From positions 32,001 to 96,000 of the forward strand of contig JBGFSC010000010.1 in the NCBI GenBank assembly GCA_041694815.1: DNA of 64,000 bases. The letters are read 5' to 3'. The notes beneath the pieces were generated by a model. The model was given only the letters and a program-made list of their open reading frames with translations, had not been told where the DNA came from and did not search any database. The position numbers and the translations under genes are program-made. Shown one piece after another: positions 28,763 to 38,207 of the stretch; the first letter of the stretch is position 1; every line of letters begins with the position of its first letter. Source of the stretch: Elusimicrobiota bacterium (lineage in GTDB: Bacteria; Elusimicrobiota; Elusimicrobia; UBA1565; JACRDR01).

Positions 28763-29374
28763 TCAAGGACAGGCACAATTACCCGAGGCGTCCGGCTCGC
28801 TGGCGCACTTACTGATCTCCCGGTTCGCATTCAAGCAGAGGGCCCCTCCCGTGGGCGGCCCCGCGTTGACACGGATCTTTCCAGCAACGTCGAACGGCGC
28901 GGCGGGGTTGCTAGTGCCGATACCGACCCAACCGTTGCTTTGCTTCAAATAAATTTGGTTAAAGTGCCCGTTCGGATAGGTCCCGAGAATCAAATCAGCG
29001 GGAGTTCCGCTGATCGCGTCGGAATAAATGCGCAAGGCGCCACCGATAGAGTCCACCTTGATCGCCGTATTGGCATTTCCGACCATCGATCGGAACGATG
29101 CCCTGCCGACCACGTCTAGCTTGGTATTGAATCCGTTGCCGGGATTCGAGATGCCGACGCCTACCGCTCCATCGGTACGCGCCAGGATCGTGTTTTCCCC
29201 CCCGTTGCCCACGGTGACGATCGAGTTATAGACCCCGGCGGGCGCGGGATAGCTCGTGACCAACGTCAGGTTCTCGGAGCCTAGTCCCAAAGGAACGAGC
29301 ATTACGGCCGTCGCGAGCAGGACACGCGCAGCACTGGTGTCGAAACGAATCGAGAAGCGTATCTCATGTACCAT
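28763..29374 (-). CDS. Exported fibre-like protein, paralogue of 28081-28704, with Cys-rich C-terminus
   Basis: Near-identical N-terminus; two G.VG(I/V)G.SNP...DV.G repeats; ends GGALCLNANREISKCASEPDASGNCACP; start ATG 29374 after GGGAGG. Confidence 0.85.
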   Translation of the reverse strand: MVHEIRFSIRFDTSAARVLLATAVMLVPLGLGSENLTLVTSYPAPAGVYNSIVTVGNGGENTILARTDGAVGVGISNPGNGFNTKLDVVGRASFRSMVGNANTAIKVDSIGGALRIYSDAISGTPADLILGTYPNGHFNQIYLKQSNGWVGIGTSNPAAPFDVAGKIRVNAGPPTGGALCLNANREISKCASEPDASGNCACP

Positions 29375-29426
29375 ATTCCCTCCCAGGAAAGTTGAGAAAG
29401 TGCAGAAAGTGGATACCTGGCACCGT
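29211..29426. repeat. Direct repeat copy 2
   Basis: Matches 28541-28756. Confidence 0.95.
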
Positions 29427-29432
29427 CGGTCT

Positions 29433-31181
29433 CTATTCTCCCGCGGTAACGGCCAGCACTTCCTCGGGAGTGGTGACACCCTCAAGCACCTTGCGCCAGC
29501 CGCTGGCGCGCATGCTCCACATGCCGGAGCGGCTCGCCGCCTGCCGGAGCTTGGAAACGTCGCCGCCATGCTTGTAGATGATCTCCCGAAGCTCCGGGGT
29601 GATAAAATAAATCTCGTAGATGGCCTTGCGGCCGTAGAAGCCGGTCTTGCTGCACTTGTCGCAACCTTGCTCCCTGTAAAAATTGATGGAGGAGGCCGGC
29701 GGCGGGTTGGCCAACATGGATTCCCGGATACACTGTTCGAATAGGGCCGGATCGGGACGGTATGGTTTTTTGCAATGGGAACAGAGCACGCGGACCAGCC
29801 GCTGGGCCGCGGTTAGGCAGAGGCTCGAGGAGAGCATGAAAGGCTCGATGCCCAAATCGATGAGGCGCGGCACCGCCTCCAGCGCGGAATTGGTGTGCAG
29901 GGTCGAAAGCACCAAGTGGCCGGTCAGCGCCGAGCGAAGGCATATCTCGGCGGTCTCCTGGTCGCGCACCTCGCCGACAAGGATGATGTCGGGGTCCTGG
30001 CGCAGGAACGAGCGCAGGGCGCTGGCGAAGGTCAGGCCGATGTTGGAGCGCACCTGCACCTGATTAATCCCGTCGAGCTTGAACTCGACGGGATCCTCGA
30101 TGGTCATGATGTTGACCTCGGGGGTCTTGACGGTATCGAGCACCGTATAGAGGGTTGTCGTCTTTCCCGAGCCCGTGGGACCCGTCAGGAAAATCAGGCC
30201 GTGCGGGAATTGCGCCGCGCGAAGCAGGTCTTCCTTCTGCCTCGGCTCCAAGCCCAGTTTGTTGATATCGAGCGTCGCCTGGCCCTTGTCGAGGATGCGC
30301 ATGACGACCTTTTCGCCAAACACCGTCGGGCAGATCGAGACGCGCAGATCGATGTTGCGGTTCTGCAGCTTGAGGATGATCGCCCCGTCCTGGGGAAGGC
30401 GTTTTTCGGCGATGTCGAGTTTGGCCAGGATCTTGATGCGGCTAACGATGGCCAAGAACAGGTCCCTGGGAGGCGGCTGCCGCTCGTGCAGGTCGCCGTC
30501 GATGCGGAAGCGCAACGTCACTCGCTCATCGTAGGCCTCCAGATGGATGTCGGAGGCCCGTTCGGCGATCGCCTGCTTGAGAACGGCATTTACGAAGGTG
30601 ACGACCTGCGCCCCACGCGCCTCGATGATCTCCTTGTCCAAATCCAGCCGCGAGTCGGAGGTGTCGACCTCCTGGACGTCGCCCGCCTCGGTGCCGGGCT
30701 TCTGCATGGAACGCTCGATCAAGTCGGAGCCGCCCGAGTAGAACTCGTCGATCGCCTTGAGTAATTGGCCTCGCGCGGCGATGAAAGGTTGTATCTCGTA
30801 GCCGGTCAATATCCGCAGATTATCGAGCACCATCATGTTCTCGGGATTGGCCATGGCGACGGCGAGCAGGCGGTTGTCCTCGAGGAACAACGGCAGCACG
30901 AGATTGTCGCGCGCGAAGCGCTCGTTGACCTTGCTCTCTAATTTTTGGCCGCGCTCGGCGCGCAGCACCTTGTTTTCCCGGGAAGCGAAGGGAATGTTCA
31001 TCTGCTTGGAGACGGCCTCGGCGATCTTCTCCTCGCTGGCAAATCCCAGTTTGACGATCGCTTCCCCTAATAGGCAGCCCGCCTGGGCCTGGGTCTTGAG
31101 GGCGCGCGCGAGCTGCTCCTGGTTGATAACGCCGTTTTGTACCAGGATGTCACCCAGGCGCAGCTTTTGCATTTTTGCCAT
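29433..31181 (-). CDS. pilB: Type IV pilus assembly ATPase with N-terminal MshEN domain
   Basis: RLGDILV..G.I..EQL..AL..Q; GPTGSGKTT; IEDPVE; LRQDPD; TGHLVLSTLH; tetracysteine motif. Confidence 0.93.
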   Translation of the reverse strand: MAKMQKLRLGDILVQNGVINQEQLARALKTQAQAGCLLGEAIVKLGFASEEKIAEAVSKQMNIPFASRENKVLRAERGQKLESKVNERFARDNLVLPLFLEDNRLLAVAMANPENMMVLDNLRILTGYEIQPFIAARGQLLKAIDEFYSGGSDLIERSMQKPGTEAGDVQEVDTSDSRLDLDKEIIEARGAQVVTFVNAVLKQAIAERASDIHLEAYDERVTLRFRIDGDLHERQPPPRDLFLAIVSRIKILAKLDIAEKRLPQDGAIILKLQNRNIDLRVSICPTVFGEKVVMRILDKGQATLDINKLGLEPRQKEDLLRAAQFPHGLIFLTGPTGSGKTTTLYTVLDTVKTPEVNIMTIEDPVEFKLDGINQVQVRSNIGLTFASALRSFLRQDPDIILVGEVRDQETAEICLRSALTGHLVLSTLHTNSALEAVPRLIDLGIEPFMLSSSLCLTAAQRLVRVLCSHCKKPYRPDPALFEQCIRESMLANPPPASSINFYREQGCDKCSKTGFYGRKAIYEIYFITPELREIIYKHGGDVSKLRQAASRSGMWSMRASGWRKVLEGVTTPEEVLAVTAGE

Positions 31182-31202
31182 GTCAAATCAGCGTTATCAA
31201 TG

Positions 31203-31230
31203 AGTATAACGGTATTGCTTGACTTGTCAA
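31203..31230 (-). promoter_or_regulatory. Sigma70 promoter upstream of pilB
   Basis: TTGACA-N16-TATACT on the minus strand. Confidence 0.7.
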
Positions 31231-31256
31231 TACTTCGGCGCGCAGAGGCCGTGTTA

Positions 31257-33812
31257 TTATTGCCCGAGGCTTTGCAGCCACTGCCGGGCGTGGGCGTTGC
31301 CCGGATCGGAGGCGAGCACGGCGCGGAAGGCGGCGGCCGCCTCCTGGCGGCGCCCCACCTTGGCCAGCGCCTGGCCGAAGCTTAATTGCAGGCTGGCGTT
31401 GCCGGGCTCGGCGCGGACCAGCGGGGCCAGCATTTCGACAGCCGCGCCGGGATTGCCGGCCACCAGTTCTAGATTGGCCGCGTAAAAGCGCATCTTCGGC
31501 CATTTCGGAAAGGTCTTGGCCAGATCCCGAGCCATTTGGACGGTGCCGGCCGAGAAATCCTTGCGCCCGATACGCGCCTCGAGCTCCTTGTAGCGGGCCA
31601 CCTCGCGCAAAATGGAGGGCGGTGCGATCTTGGCGCGATCGGCGGCGGAGCGGAGATTAAGCTCCGCTTGCGAGAGCTCCGGATTGGCCTCCAACGCCCG
31701 CGCCCAGACCCGCGAGGCGCCCGAGAAATCGCCTCCCGTCGCTAGGAGATAGCCTAGATTGTTGAGGAAACCGACGTCCTCAGGGAAAAATCGCAGGGCC
31801 GTCCTCAGGGACTCGATGGCCTCGGTCCTGAAACGGGCCGGATCGCGTAGGTAGAGGCGGTTGAGATTGACATAGAGCTCGTAAGAGATCGGGTTGATAA
31901 GGGCTGAAACCCGGTAGAAGCCGAGTGCCTCCTCCCAGCGGCCCAGGCGCGCTCCGAGCACCGTGCCCATGTTGAAGTAGATCTCGTCGTAGCCCGCGTT
32001 CGCCTTGAGCGCCTCGCGATAGGCCCATAAGGCCTTGTCGAGCTGATCGGAGCGGGCGTAGGCGTTGCCCAACTCGTAATTGGCGTTCACATCCCTGGGA
32101 TGCCAGCGGTAGGCCGCTTCCAGCCGCTGCAGCGATTCCATCAGGCGGCCCGAACGCGCGAGCTTAAAACCCTGGAAGAAGTGGACCTCCCGGTTCCATT
32201 GCCGCCACCAAAGCCGCCCCCCCCAGCAGGCCGTGGCCAGCACGAGCAGGGCGACCGCCGCCGACGCCGCGCGGGACGGCCTCCAGGAGCGCCATGCCTT
32301 TTCCTCCGGTTGGTCCGGCGCGGCGCCCACGGCGATGCCCGCCTGCCACCAGAGCAGGAAGGCGGGCACGGCGAAATGCATCGAGACGTTGAGGAGATTG
32401 TCGACCCACATGCCCGCCACCGCGCTGGCCGCCGCCCACTGCCAGACCTGGCGCTCCTTGCGCCGGTGCCAGCGCCAAGCGCAGAAAGCGAAGACGCACC
32501 ACAACCACGCCTGAACGCCCAGGCCCAGCACGCCGGTCTGGGAGAATATCTCGAGAACCTCGTTGTGGCAATTGTTGGCGTGAGTCCGCAAGCCGCTAAA
32601 AGCGGGGATATTGAGGAGGCAGCCCTGATAGAAGGGGTAGAAGAGCTCGAAGAGCCCCCATCCCTTGCCGAGCAGCCAGTTCTCCTGCCCCATCAGCCAG
32701 GAGGCCGACCAAATCAGCAGACGCTGGTACAGCGGGCTGTAGGGAGACGTCTCGACGGCGGTCCAGATCGTGGAGAGCTCCTGGACGCGTTCGATCACGG
32801 TGGGCGTGCTGGGAGCGCTCAGGCTTTTCGGCCAGAACGGGATGAGAAGCAGCGCCAGGCAGATGACGGTCCCGTGTCCCTGGAGATTCCCGCGCAACTT
32901 AGCGCGGATGGCCGGAGAAAGGAAAAGCAGCGCCACCGCCGCTATGGCCCCGGCCCACGAGGAGCGCGTCAGGCTGCACAAAAGGCAGGCCTCGAGCGTC
33001 AGGAAGACGGCGGCGTATGTCGCCCGAGCCCAGCGCGTCGGGGCGTAAAAATAATAAGCCAGGGCCACTGGCATGAGCAGGACCATGTACGAAGACATGA
33101 AATTGGGATTTCCAAAGGTGGATACCGAGCGCCCCCCGTAGGGGTTGAGCACCTTGGGCCAGATCCACTCGACGTTGAAGTACTGGAACACCCCGTAGAG
33201 CGAGGAAAGGAACCCGGCGACCAGCGCCAGGTGCCAGAAGGCGTGCATGCCGCCGGCGCGGGTCCAGGCGACGGCGATTCCGACGCCGGCGAGCCACAGG
33301 AAGGCCCCGTACGGGTCCCAGCAGCGCGTCCAAGGGTCCCAGGCGCCGGAAGACGGCGACTTCAAGGACGAATACAGCGCCCAGCCCAGCGCCCAGGCCA
33401 GGGCGAAGGCCGCCCATCGCGTGGGCTGGGCCGGCGATTCCTCGCGGGGGTTTCGGGAGATGAGCACCGCGGCGTAAAAAGGCACGAGCGTATTGACGAT
33501 CGTAAAGAGAAAGACGCGCAGGCCCTCGGCCTTGATCGCGTCCCGGAAAAACGGCATATGCCCGAAATACGAGAGCGTCCAAGTGACGGCGCATACCGTC
33601 AGCCAGCAGGCGAGCGGTAAGTCCAGCGCCGTTTTCGGGAAGCGCCAGTCGCCATGGCTAAGTCCCGAGCACGCGTAGGCGGCGCAGGCGGCTAGCAGGA
33701 AAACATTGAGAAGGGCGATTTGCGTGAAATAGGGGTTGCGCGTCAAGTCTGTGAAGAACAGCAGGGGGCAGACGAAGTGGCAGGCGGCCAGAAGGGCGGT
33801 AAAGGCGGTCAA
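31257..33812 (-). CDS. O-antigen ligase (Wzy_C) family membrane protein with C-terminal TPRs
   Basis: STFGNPN, TRSSW, RLLIW, G.GWG.F, HNEVLE, DNL; multiple TPRs. Confidence 0.88.
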   Translation of the reverse strand: MTAFTALLAACHFVCPLLFFTDLTRNPYFTQIALLNVFLLAACAAYACSGLSHGDWRFPKTALDLPLACWLTVCAVTWTLSYFGHMPFFRDAIKAEGLRVFLFTIVNTLVPFYAAVLISRNPREESPAQPTRWAAFALAWALGWALYSSLKSPSSGAWDPWTRCWDPYGAFLWLAGVGIAVAWTRAGGMHAFWHLALVAGFLSSLYGVFQYFNVEWIWPKVLNPYGGRSVSTFGNPNFMSSYMVLLMPVALAYYFYAPTRWARATYAAVFLTLEACLLCSLTRSSWAGAIAAVALLFLSPAIRAKLRGNLQGHGTVICLALLLIPFWPKSLSAPSTPTVIERVQELSTIWTAVETSPYSPLYQRLLIWSASWLMGQENWLLGKGWGLFELFYPFYQGCLLNIPAFSGLRTHANNCHNEVLEIFSQTGVLGLGVQAWLWCVFAFCAWRWHRRKERQVWQWAAASAVAGMWVDNLLNVSMHFAVPAFLLWWQAGIAVGAAPDQPEEKAWRSWRPSRAASAAVALLVLATACWGGRLWWRQWNREVHFFQGFKLARSGRLMESLQRLEAAYRWHPRDVNANYELGNAYARSDQLDKALWAYREALKANAGYDEIYFNMGTVLGARLGRWEEALGFYRVSALINPISYELYVNLNRLYLRDPARFRTEAIESLRTALRFFPEDVGFLNNLGYLLATGGDFSGASRVWARALEANPELSQAELNLRSAADRAKIAPPSILREVARYKELEARIGRKDFSAGTVQMARDLAKTFPKWPKMRFYAANLELVAGNPGAAVEMLAPLVRAEPGNASLQLSFGQALAKVGRRQEAAAAFRAVLASDPGNAHARQWLQSLGQ

Positions 33813-36286
33813 CGCTTCGGGGGAACGGCGCGTAAGCGGCTCTGGACTACCTCAAGGTTACGGGCCGCCGTCGCGGCCTGAGGGTCGAGCTCCAAGGCGC
33901 GCTGGTAGGCCTTCTGCGCCTCGGGAAGGCGCCCGGCCATGAACAAGGCATTGGCGAGATGCGTGTAGCCCTCCGCCCAATAATCGTGCCGATGCACCCA
34001 CAGGCCATCGATATTGGTGTATCTTTGATAAGAGAGTATGGTCCTGCGCAGGAAGTCGTTCTGCGCCAGCCATGGGACCACCTGGCATTTTTCGCCGTCG
34101 ATCTGCGCCTGGTACATTTCAATGGCCTTGTCGTACTGGCGCCGCGCCATGTAGATCTGTCCCATGCGGTAGAAGTTAGGCGGGAATATCGGGTCGAGAT
34201 TGCGGTACATCTCGAAGCGCTTCAAGGCCATGTCCCAGTCGCGCTGCCCCTCCTCCTCCCTGCCGTTGCGCATATGCCAGTCCCCGCGCTTGAGGTAGAG
34301 AACCCCTACCTGATGGTGCATTTGCACGTAGTTCGGGGCGCGGGCCCGCACCTCCTCGTATGCGGCGAAGGCGCGCTCGAAGTCGTCCCGCGCGACGTTA
34401 TCCTTGTCCCCCCAGTCGGGGTTGTATATCTTCTCCATGTTGAATCGGTCGTTGAATACGTTGCCCTTGAAATAGAACGACATCACGTAAGCCGGGTTGA
34501 GCTCGCCGACCTTGAAGTAATGGCGCAGGGCCTGCTCCCAGTTCTGCTGTTTCGAGAAAAAGATGGCGATGTTATGATAGACGTCCGCTCGGAAAAAGCC
34601 CCAGGCGAGATTGACGGGTAGCATCGTCAGGGCAATGAGCATGGGAACCAGGGCGTTCCTCGCCAAGCCAGCGATCCTGGCGAAGGCCACTCCCAAACCG
34701 AAAACACAGGCCAAAAAGCATATCCAGGAAATCCACCATTGCAGGACCTCGCCGCCCAGGGTGAGCCGGAAAAGCGGGCCCTGCAGCTCCGAGAATTGTT
34801 GAATAAGGCGGTAACCGACATAGGCAAGGCAGCCCCAAGCCCCCAGCCGAGCGGGCCACAAAAAGAAAGCGGAGAGGGATTGGAGCAGCCCTTCCCCTGG
34901 AGGGGCTGCGAGAGGGGCTGCGGGAGGGACCGCGCGGACCGCCTTGAGATCAGCCAAGGCGACGCCCCGGGAGAGATTGACCACGACCCCGGAAAGCAGG
35001 CCCAGATAGACTCCCGAGGAGACGAAACGCAGGCTGACATCGAAAAAGTTATGGGCCAGCATGCCCTGGAAGGCGACCAGGAATCCCAGGAGCTCGTAGG
35101 CGCGCGGTGGAGCCCGCTGGCCGGCAATGAGCCCCCTCGTCCAGTTCGACAGGGCGCGATAGGCGACGGCCCAGGTGCTCAGCATCAGCCAGAGGAAAAT
35201 CCCGAAACCCAATATCCCCTCGTCGAAAAGAACCTCGAGGAATTCGTTTTCGGCATGGTCGGTCTCGGTATTATGCTTACCCTCGATATGGAAGATCGGA
35301 GGCCGGCGGAAGGCCGGATAAATCACCCAAAAGCTGCCCAGCCCCGTGCCGATAAGGGGCTGGGTCATGATCATCTCCCAGGTGGCTTCCCATGTGAACA
35401 ACCGGAAATTGACGGAGGTGAAGCTTCCCTGCAGCTTGATCCAGACCGCGACCAGCGCGGCGGCGAACACCGCGGCCATCCCGCAGACGATCCGCCGCCA
35501 ATACTGCAGCAGGGTCTGACGATCGAAAAAGAACAGATAGGTTCCCACGTACAGGATGCCGGTGATGGCCAAGGCGATCCAGGCGCCCTTGGTCTGGGTC
35601 CCGTATATGACGAAGAGGTGGATGCCCATCAGCACGAGCAGCTTCAGCTCGCGGCTTTTCAGGAATTGGCTGAAAATGATGGGCAGCATCAGCACCAGGA
35701 AGTCCGCCAGGAAATTGGGATTGCCGTAGGTCGAGAAGACGCGCGCGCTGAAGGCATGACGCCAAATGAACGGATCGATCCCCTTGCCGATCCCCGGCGG
35801 GAAGAAGTAGATGTCGACCCACTGGAGGAGGCCGTAGCCGGCGCTAATCCACGCGCTTAAGATCAAAAAGCGCACCAGCCGTCTGATGGCGCGTTCGTCG
35901 AACTCCCGGATCACGATGAGCGGGACGGTCATATAGAAGATCCGTCGGAGGAAGAAATCGGTGGAGGACCAGTGGTAGGGGGCGTGTATGAAGGAGAACA
36001 CGCCGTAGGCCAGCGATGCCAGGAAGGGGGCCAAGCAGAGCAGGTCGTCCTTCGAAAAGGCGGAGAAAAGCCCTTCTTCGAGCAGGCGGCAGAGCCAGAG
36101 CGCGATGAGGCTGACCCCTCCCATCTGGACCAGGGTGATCTTGACCTGGGCGGAGTCGTAGGTGCGCAGATAAAAGGCGTCGGAGACGAGCAGGTAGAGG
36201 ACCGGGAGCCACCAGAGGATGGCCTTGCGTGAAAAAGCGATGCAATCGCTGCTGGAAATCGCGGAGTCGAATTTCTGCGCCTTCAC
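33809..36286 (-). CDS. O-antigen ligase (Wzy_C) family membrane protein with C-terminal TPRs
   Basis: STYGNPNF, TKGAW, RLFTW, GTGLGSF, HAENEFLE; start uncertain (GTG 36286 or TTG 36334). Confidence 0.86.
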   Translation of the reverse strand: MKAQKFDSAISSSDCIAFSRKAILWWLPVLYLLVSDAFYLRTYDSAQVKITLVQMGGVSLIALWLCRLLEEGLFSAFSKDDLLCLAPFLASLAYGVFSFIHAPYHWSSTDFFLRRIFYMTVPLIVIREFDERAIRRLVRFLILSAWISAGYGLLQWVDIYFFPPGIGKGIDPFIWRHAFSARVFSTYGNPNFLADFLVLMLPIIFSQFLKSRELKLLVLMGIHLFVIYGTQTKGAWIALAITGILYVGTYLFFFDRQTLLQYWRRIVCGMAAVFAAALVAVWIKLQGSFTSVNFRLFTWEATWEMIMTQPLIGTGLGSFWVIYPAFRRPPIFHIEGKHNTETDHAENEFLEVLFDEGILGFGIFLWLMLSTWAVAYRALSNWTRGLIAGQRAPPRAYELLGFLVAFQGMLAHNFFDVSLRFVSSGVYLGLLSGVVVNLSRGVALADLKAVRAVPPAAPLAAPPGEGLLQSLSAFFLWPARLGAWGCLAYVGYRLIQQFSELQGPLFRLTLGGEVLQWWISWICFLACVFGLGVAFARIAGLARNALVPMLIALTMLPVNLAWGFFRADVYHNIAIFFSKQQNWEQALRHYFKVGELNPAYVMSFYFKGNVFNDRFNMEKIYNPDWGDKDNVARDDFERAFAAYEEVRARAPNYVQMHHQVGVLYLKRGDWHMRNGREEEGQRDWDMALKRFEMYRNLDPIFPPNFYRMGQIYMARRQYDKAIEMYQAQIDGEKCQVVPWLAQNDFLRRTILSYQRYTNIDGLWVHRHDYWAEGYTHLANALFMAGRLPEAQKAYQRALELDPQAATAARNLEVVQSRLRAVPPKR

Positions 36287-36378
36287 CCGAACGTCATCAT
36301 ATAAAATAAAAGGCGTCAAAATAGGAAGCGCCAAGCCGCTGGCACCCGCCCCGCTTTCCTGTTATCCTCCTCTATAAG

Positions 36379-37821
36379 GTGAAGCTCGCCATACAACTCA
36401 GCGTGGTGCTGTGCGCGCTCATCTTGCTGATCGTCTGCGGCACTCTGTGGAGCAGCCATCGCTCCGAACGCCGGCACTTGGAGGAGAGCCAGGACAATTT
36501 CGTCCTGGCCGGCCTCCGGGCGCTTTCCGAAGCCTGCCAAAGGCCGCTGGAAGAACAGCCGCGCTGCCTCCAAGCCCTTCATTTCTTCGTCCGAATGAGC
36601 CCTTCTCAAGCCTTCAAGCAGGTACTGCTCCTGGACCATCGCTCCCGGGTAATCGTCGACAGCCGCGCCCTCTCGGGCGAGCGGGGGCTTCGGGGCGCGC
36701 TCCTGGAGGCCGGCTACCTGCGGCAGATGCAGAGCCGGCGCGAGCCTCAAATCCTCAAAAACGTCATGCAGGACGATGCCTTGCGCCGCATGTACTCCAT
36801 TCCCGTCGCCCTCCCGGAAGGAGTGGGAACGCTCCTGGCCATCTTCGACGAAAGGTCGCTGCGAGGGAATCTCGGCTGGCTCGATCAGGACGCCCGGCGA
36901 CGCTTGCTGCAAGTAGGACTCATGGGCGTCGGGTTCGGCATCCTTTTCTCCGTGCTGTGGGTGCTCTACTGCCTGGCTCCCCTGCATGCCCTCGTCGGCG
37001 CGGCTCGGCGGGTCGCGGCCGGGGATTTCGCCAGCCGAGTGCCGGAAGGGCGCGACGACGAGCTAGGGCATGTCGCGGCGGAGTTTAACCGCATGGCCCG
37101 GCGCCTCCAGGAGCTCGATGACATGAAGGACCGGTTCATGGCCCAGATCACCCACGACCTGCGCAATCCCCTGATGGCGATGATCGGCTACGCCGAGTTG
37201 TCGCTCGGAGGCTACCGCGGGGCCCTCACCCCCGAGCAAACGGAAAGCCTCCAGGTGATCGCGCGCAACGGCTCGGCATTGGCCGACCTCATCAACAATA
37301 TCCTTGACGTCAGCAAGCTCGAGTCCAAGCGCATGAATTTCTCGCCCACGGCCATGGATCTTCGCCACGAGATTGATTCCGTCCTCGAGCTTCTCAAGGT
37401 CCGGGCCGACCAATACAAGATACGCCTCGAGTCCCAGCTCGCGCCGGACGCCGTGGAAGCTTACGCCGATCCACAGGCCTTCCGGCGCGTGCTCACCAAC
37501 CTCGTCTCCAACGCCCTCAAATTCACGCCCGAGGGAGGCCGGGTGCTCGTGGGCGCCGCGCGGCCCAAGCCCGGGGAAATCTCCATCTCCGTATCGGATA
37601 GCGGGATCGGGATTCCGCCGGATCGACTCGGCGACTTGTTCAAGAAGTTCTCCCAAATCCCGGAAACCAGAAATAAGGTCCGTCCCTCCGGGGGAACCGG
37701 CTTGGGCTTGGTCATCTGCAAGGAGATCGTGGAGGCCCACGGAGGCCGCATCGGGGTCAAGAGCCCCCCAGGGGAGGGCGCCACGTTTTTCTTTTCCCTT
37801 CCCGAGAAAGCCCCCGCTTAA
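36379..37821 (+). CDS. Membrane sensor histidine kinase (HAMP-HisKA-HATPase)
   Basis: Two TMs, DELG HAMP, THDLRNP, NLVSNALKF, DSGIG, GTGLGL. Confidence 0.93.
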   Translation: MKLAIQLSVVLCALILLIVCGTLWSSHRSERRHLEESQDNFVLAGLRALSEACQRPLEEQPRCLQALHFFVRMSPSQAFKQVLLLDHRSRVIVDSRALSGERGLRGALLEAGYLRQMQSRREPQILKNVMQDDALRRMYSIPVALPEGVGTLLAIFDERSLRGNLGWLDQDARRRLLQVGLMGVGFGILFSVLWVLYCLAPLHALVGAARRVAAGDFASRVPEGRDDELGHVAAEFNRMARRLQELDDMKDRFMAQITHDLRNPLMAMIGYAELSLGGYRGALTPEQTESLQVIARNGSALADLINNILDVSKLESKRMNFSPTAMDLRHEIDSVLELLKVRADQYKIRLESQLAPDAVEAYADPQAFRRVLTNLVSNALKFTPEGGRVLVGAARPKPGEISISVSDSGIGIPPDRLGDLFKKFSQIPETRNKVRPSGGTGLGLVICKEIVEAHGGRIGVKSPPGEGATFFFSLPEKAPA

Positions 37822-38207
37822 GGAAAGCGCCTTTCGATCGTCTGCGACCAACGACCCAGGGACTCGCCTTCGGCGCTCAAGTGCAGGCTTAGGCGGCGGT
37901 CCCAACGCCAAGTCCCTTCTCCATTCAGCGAGATATCTCCCTTGCCTTCGAAACGCAGCGCGCCGCGTCCCCGCAGCAAGGAGAATGGATCGATCCTCCA
38001 ACGGATGTCGCAAAGCCTCCTTCTAGGAGAGCCGAAGAGCAGATCCGCCCGCCCGTCCCAAAAACCGCCCTTGGCGTCCGCTAGCGCCACCGCGCCGCCA
38101 GCGGCGCGCCCCACCGCTACGGCCATCAAGTCCGCAGGAGCGCGAACGACGAGGCTCGCCAGATAAACAACAGCGGCGGCGAGCGTCCACGCGATTCTTC
38201 CCTTCAT
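37818..38207 (-). CDS. gspN: GspN-like protein, short
   Basis: APA...LADAKGGFWDGRA...W....SLLRG; last gene of the gsp operon; only 129 aa. Confidence 0.6.
   Translation of the reverse strand: MKGRIAWTLAAAVVYLASLVVRAPADLMAVAVGRAAGGAVALADAKGGFWDGRADLLFGSPRRRLCDIRWRIDPFSLLRGRGALRFEGKGDISLNGEGTWRWDRRLSLHLSAEGESLGRWSQTIERRFP

Noticed and set aside
28081..29374. Prophage remnant suggested by tail-fibre/S74 domains
   Set aside because: No other phage genes or integrase; both genes have export-like N-termini and sit co-oriented within the pil operon.
28541..29426. Shufflon, integron or CRISPR interpretation of the repeats
   Set aside because: The repeats are direct, about 215 bp, only two copies and partly coding. 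No recombinase, attC-like palindrome, spacers or cas genes are visible.
32100..33620. 506-aa plus-strand ORF (likewise 34739-35860)
   Set aside because: Antisense to the O-antigen-ligase genes; no recognisable domain.
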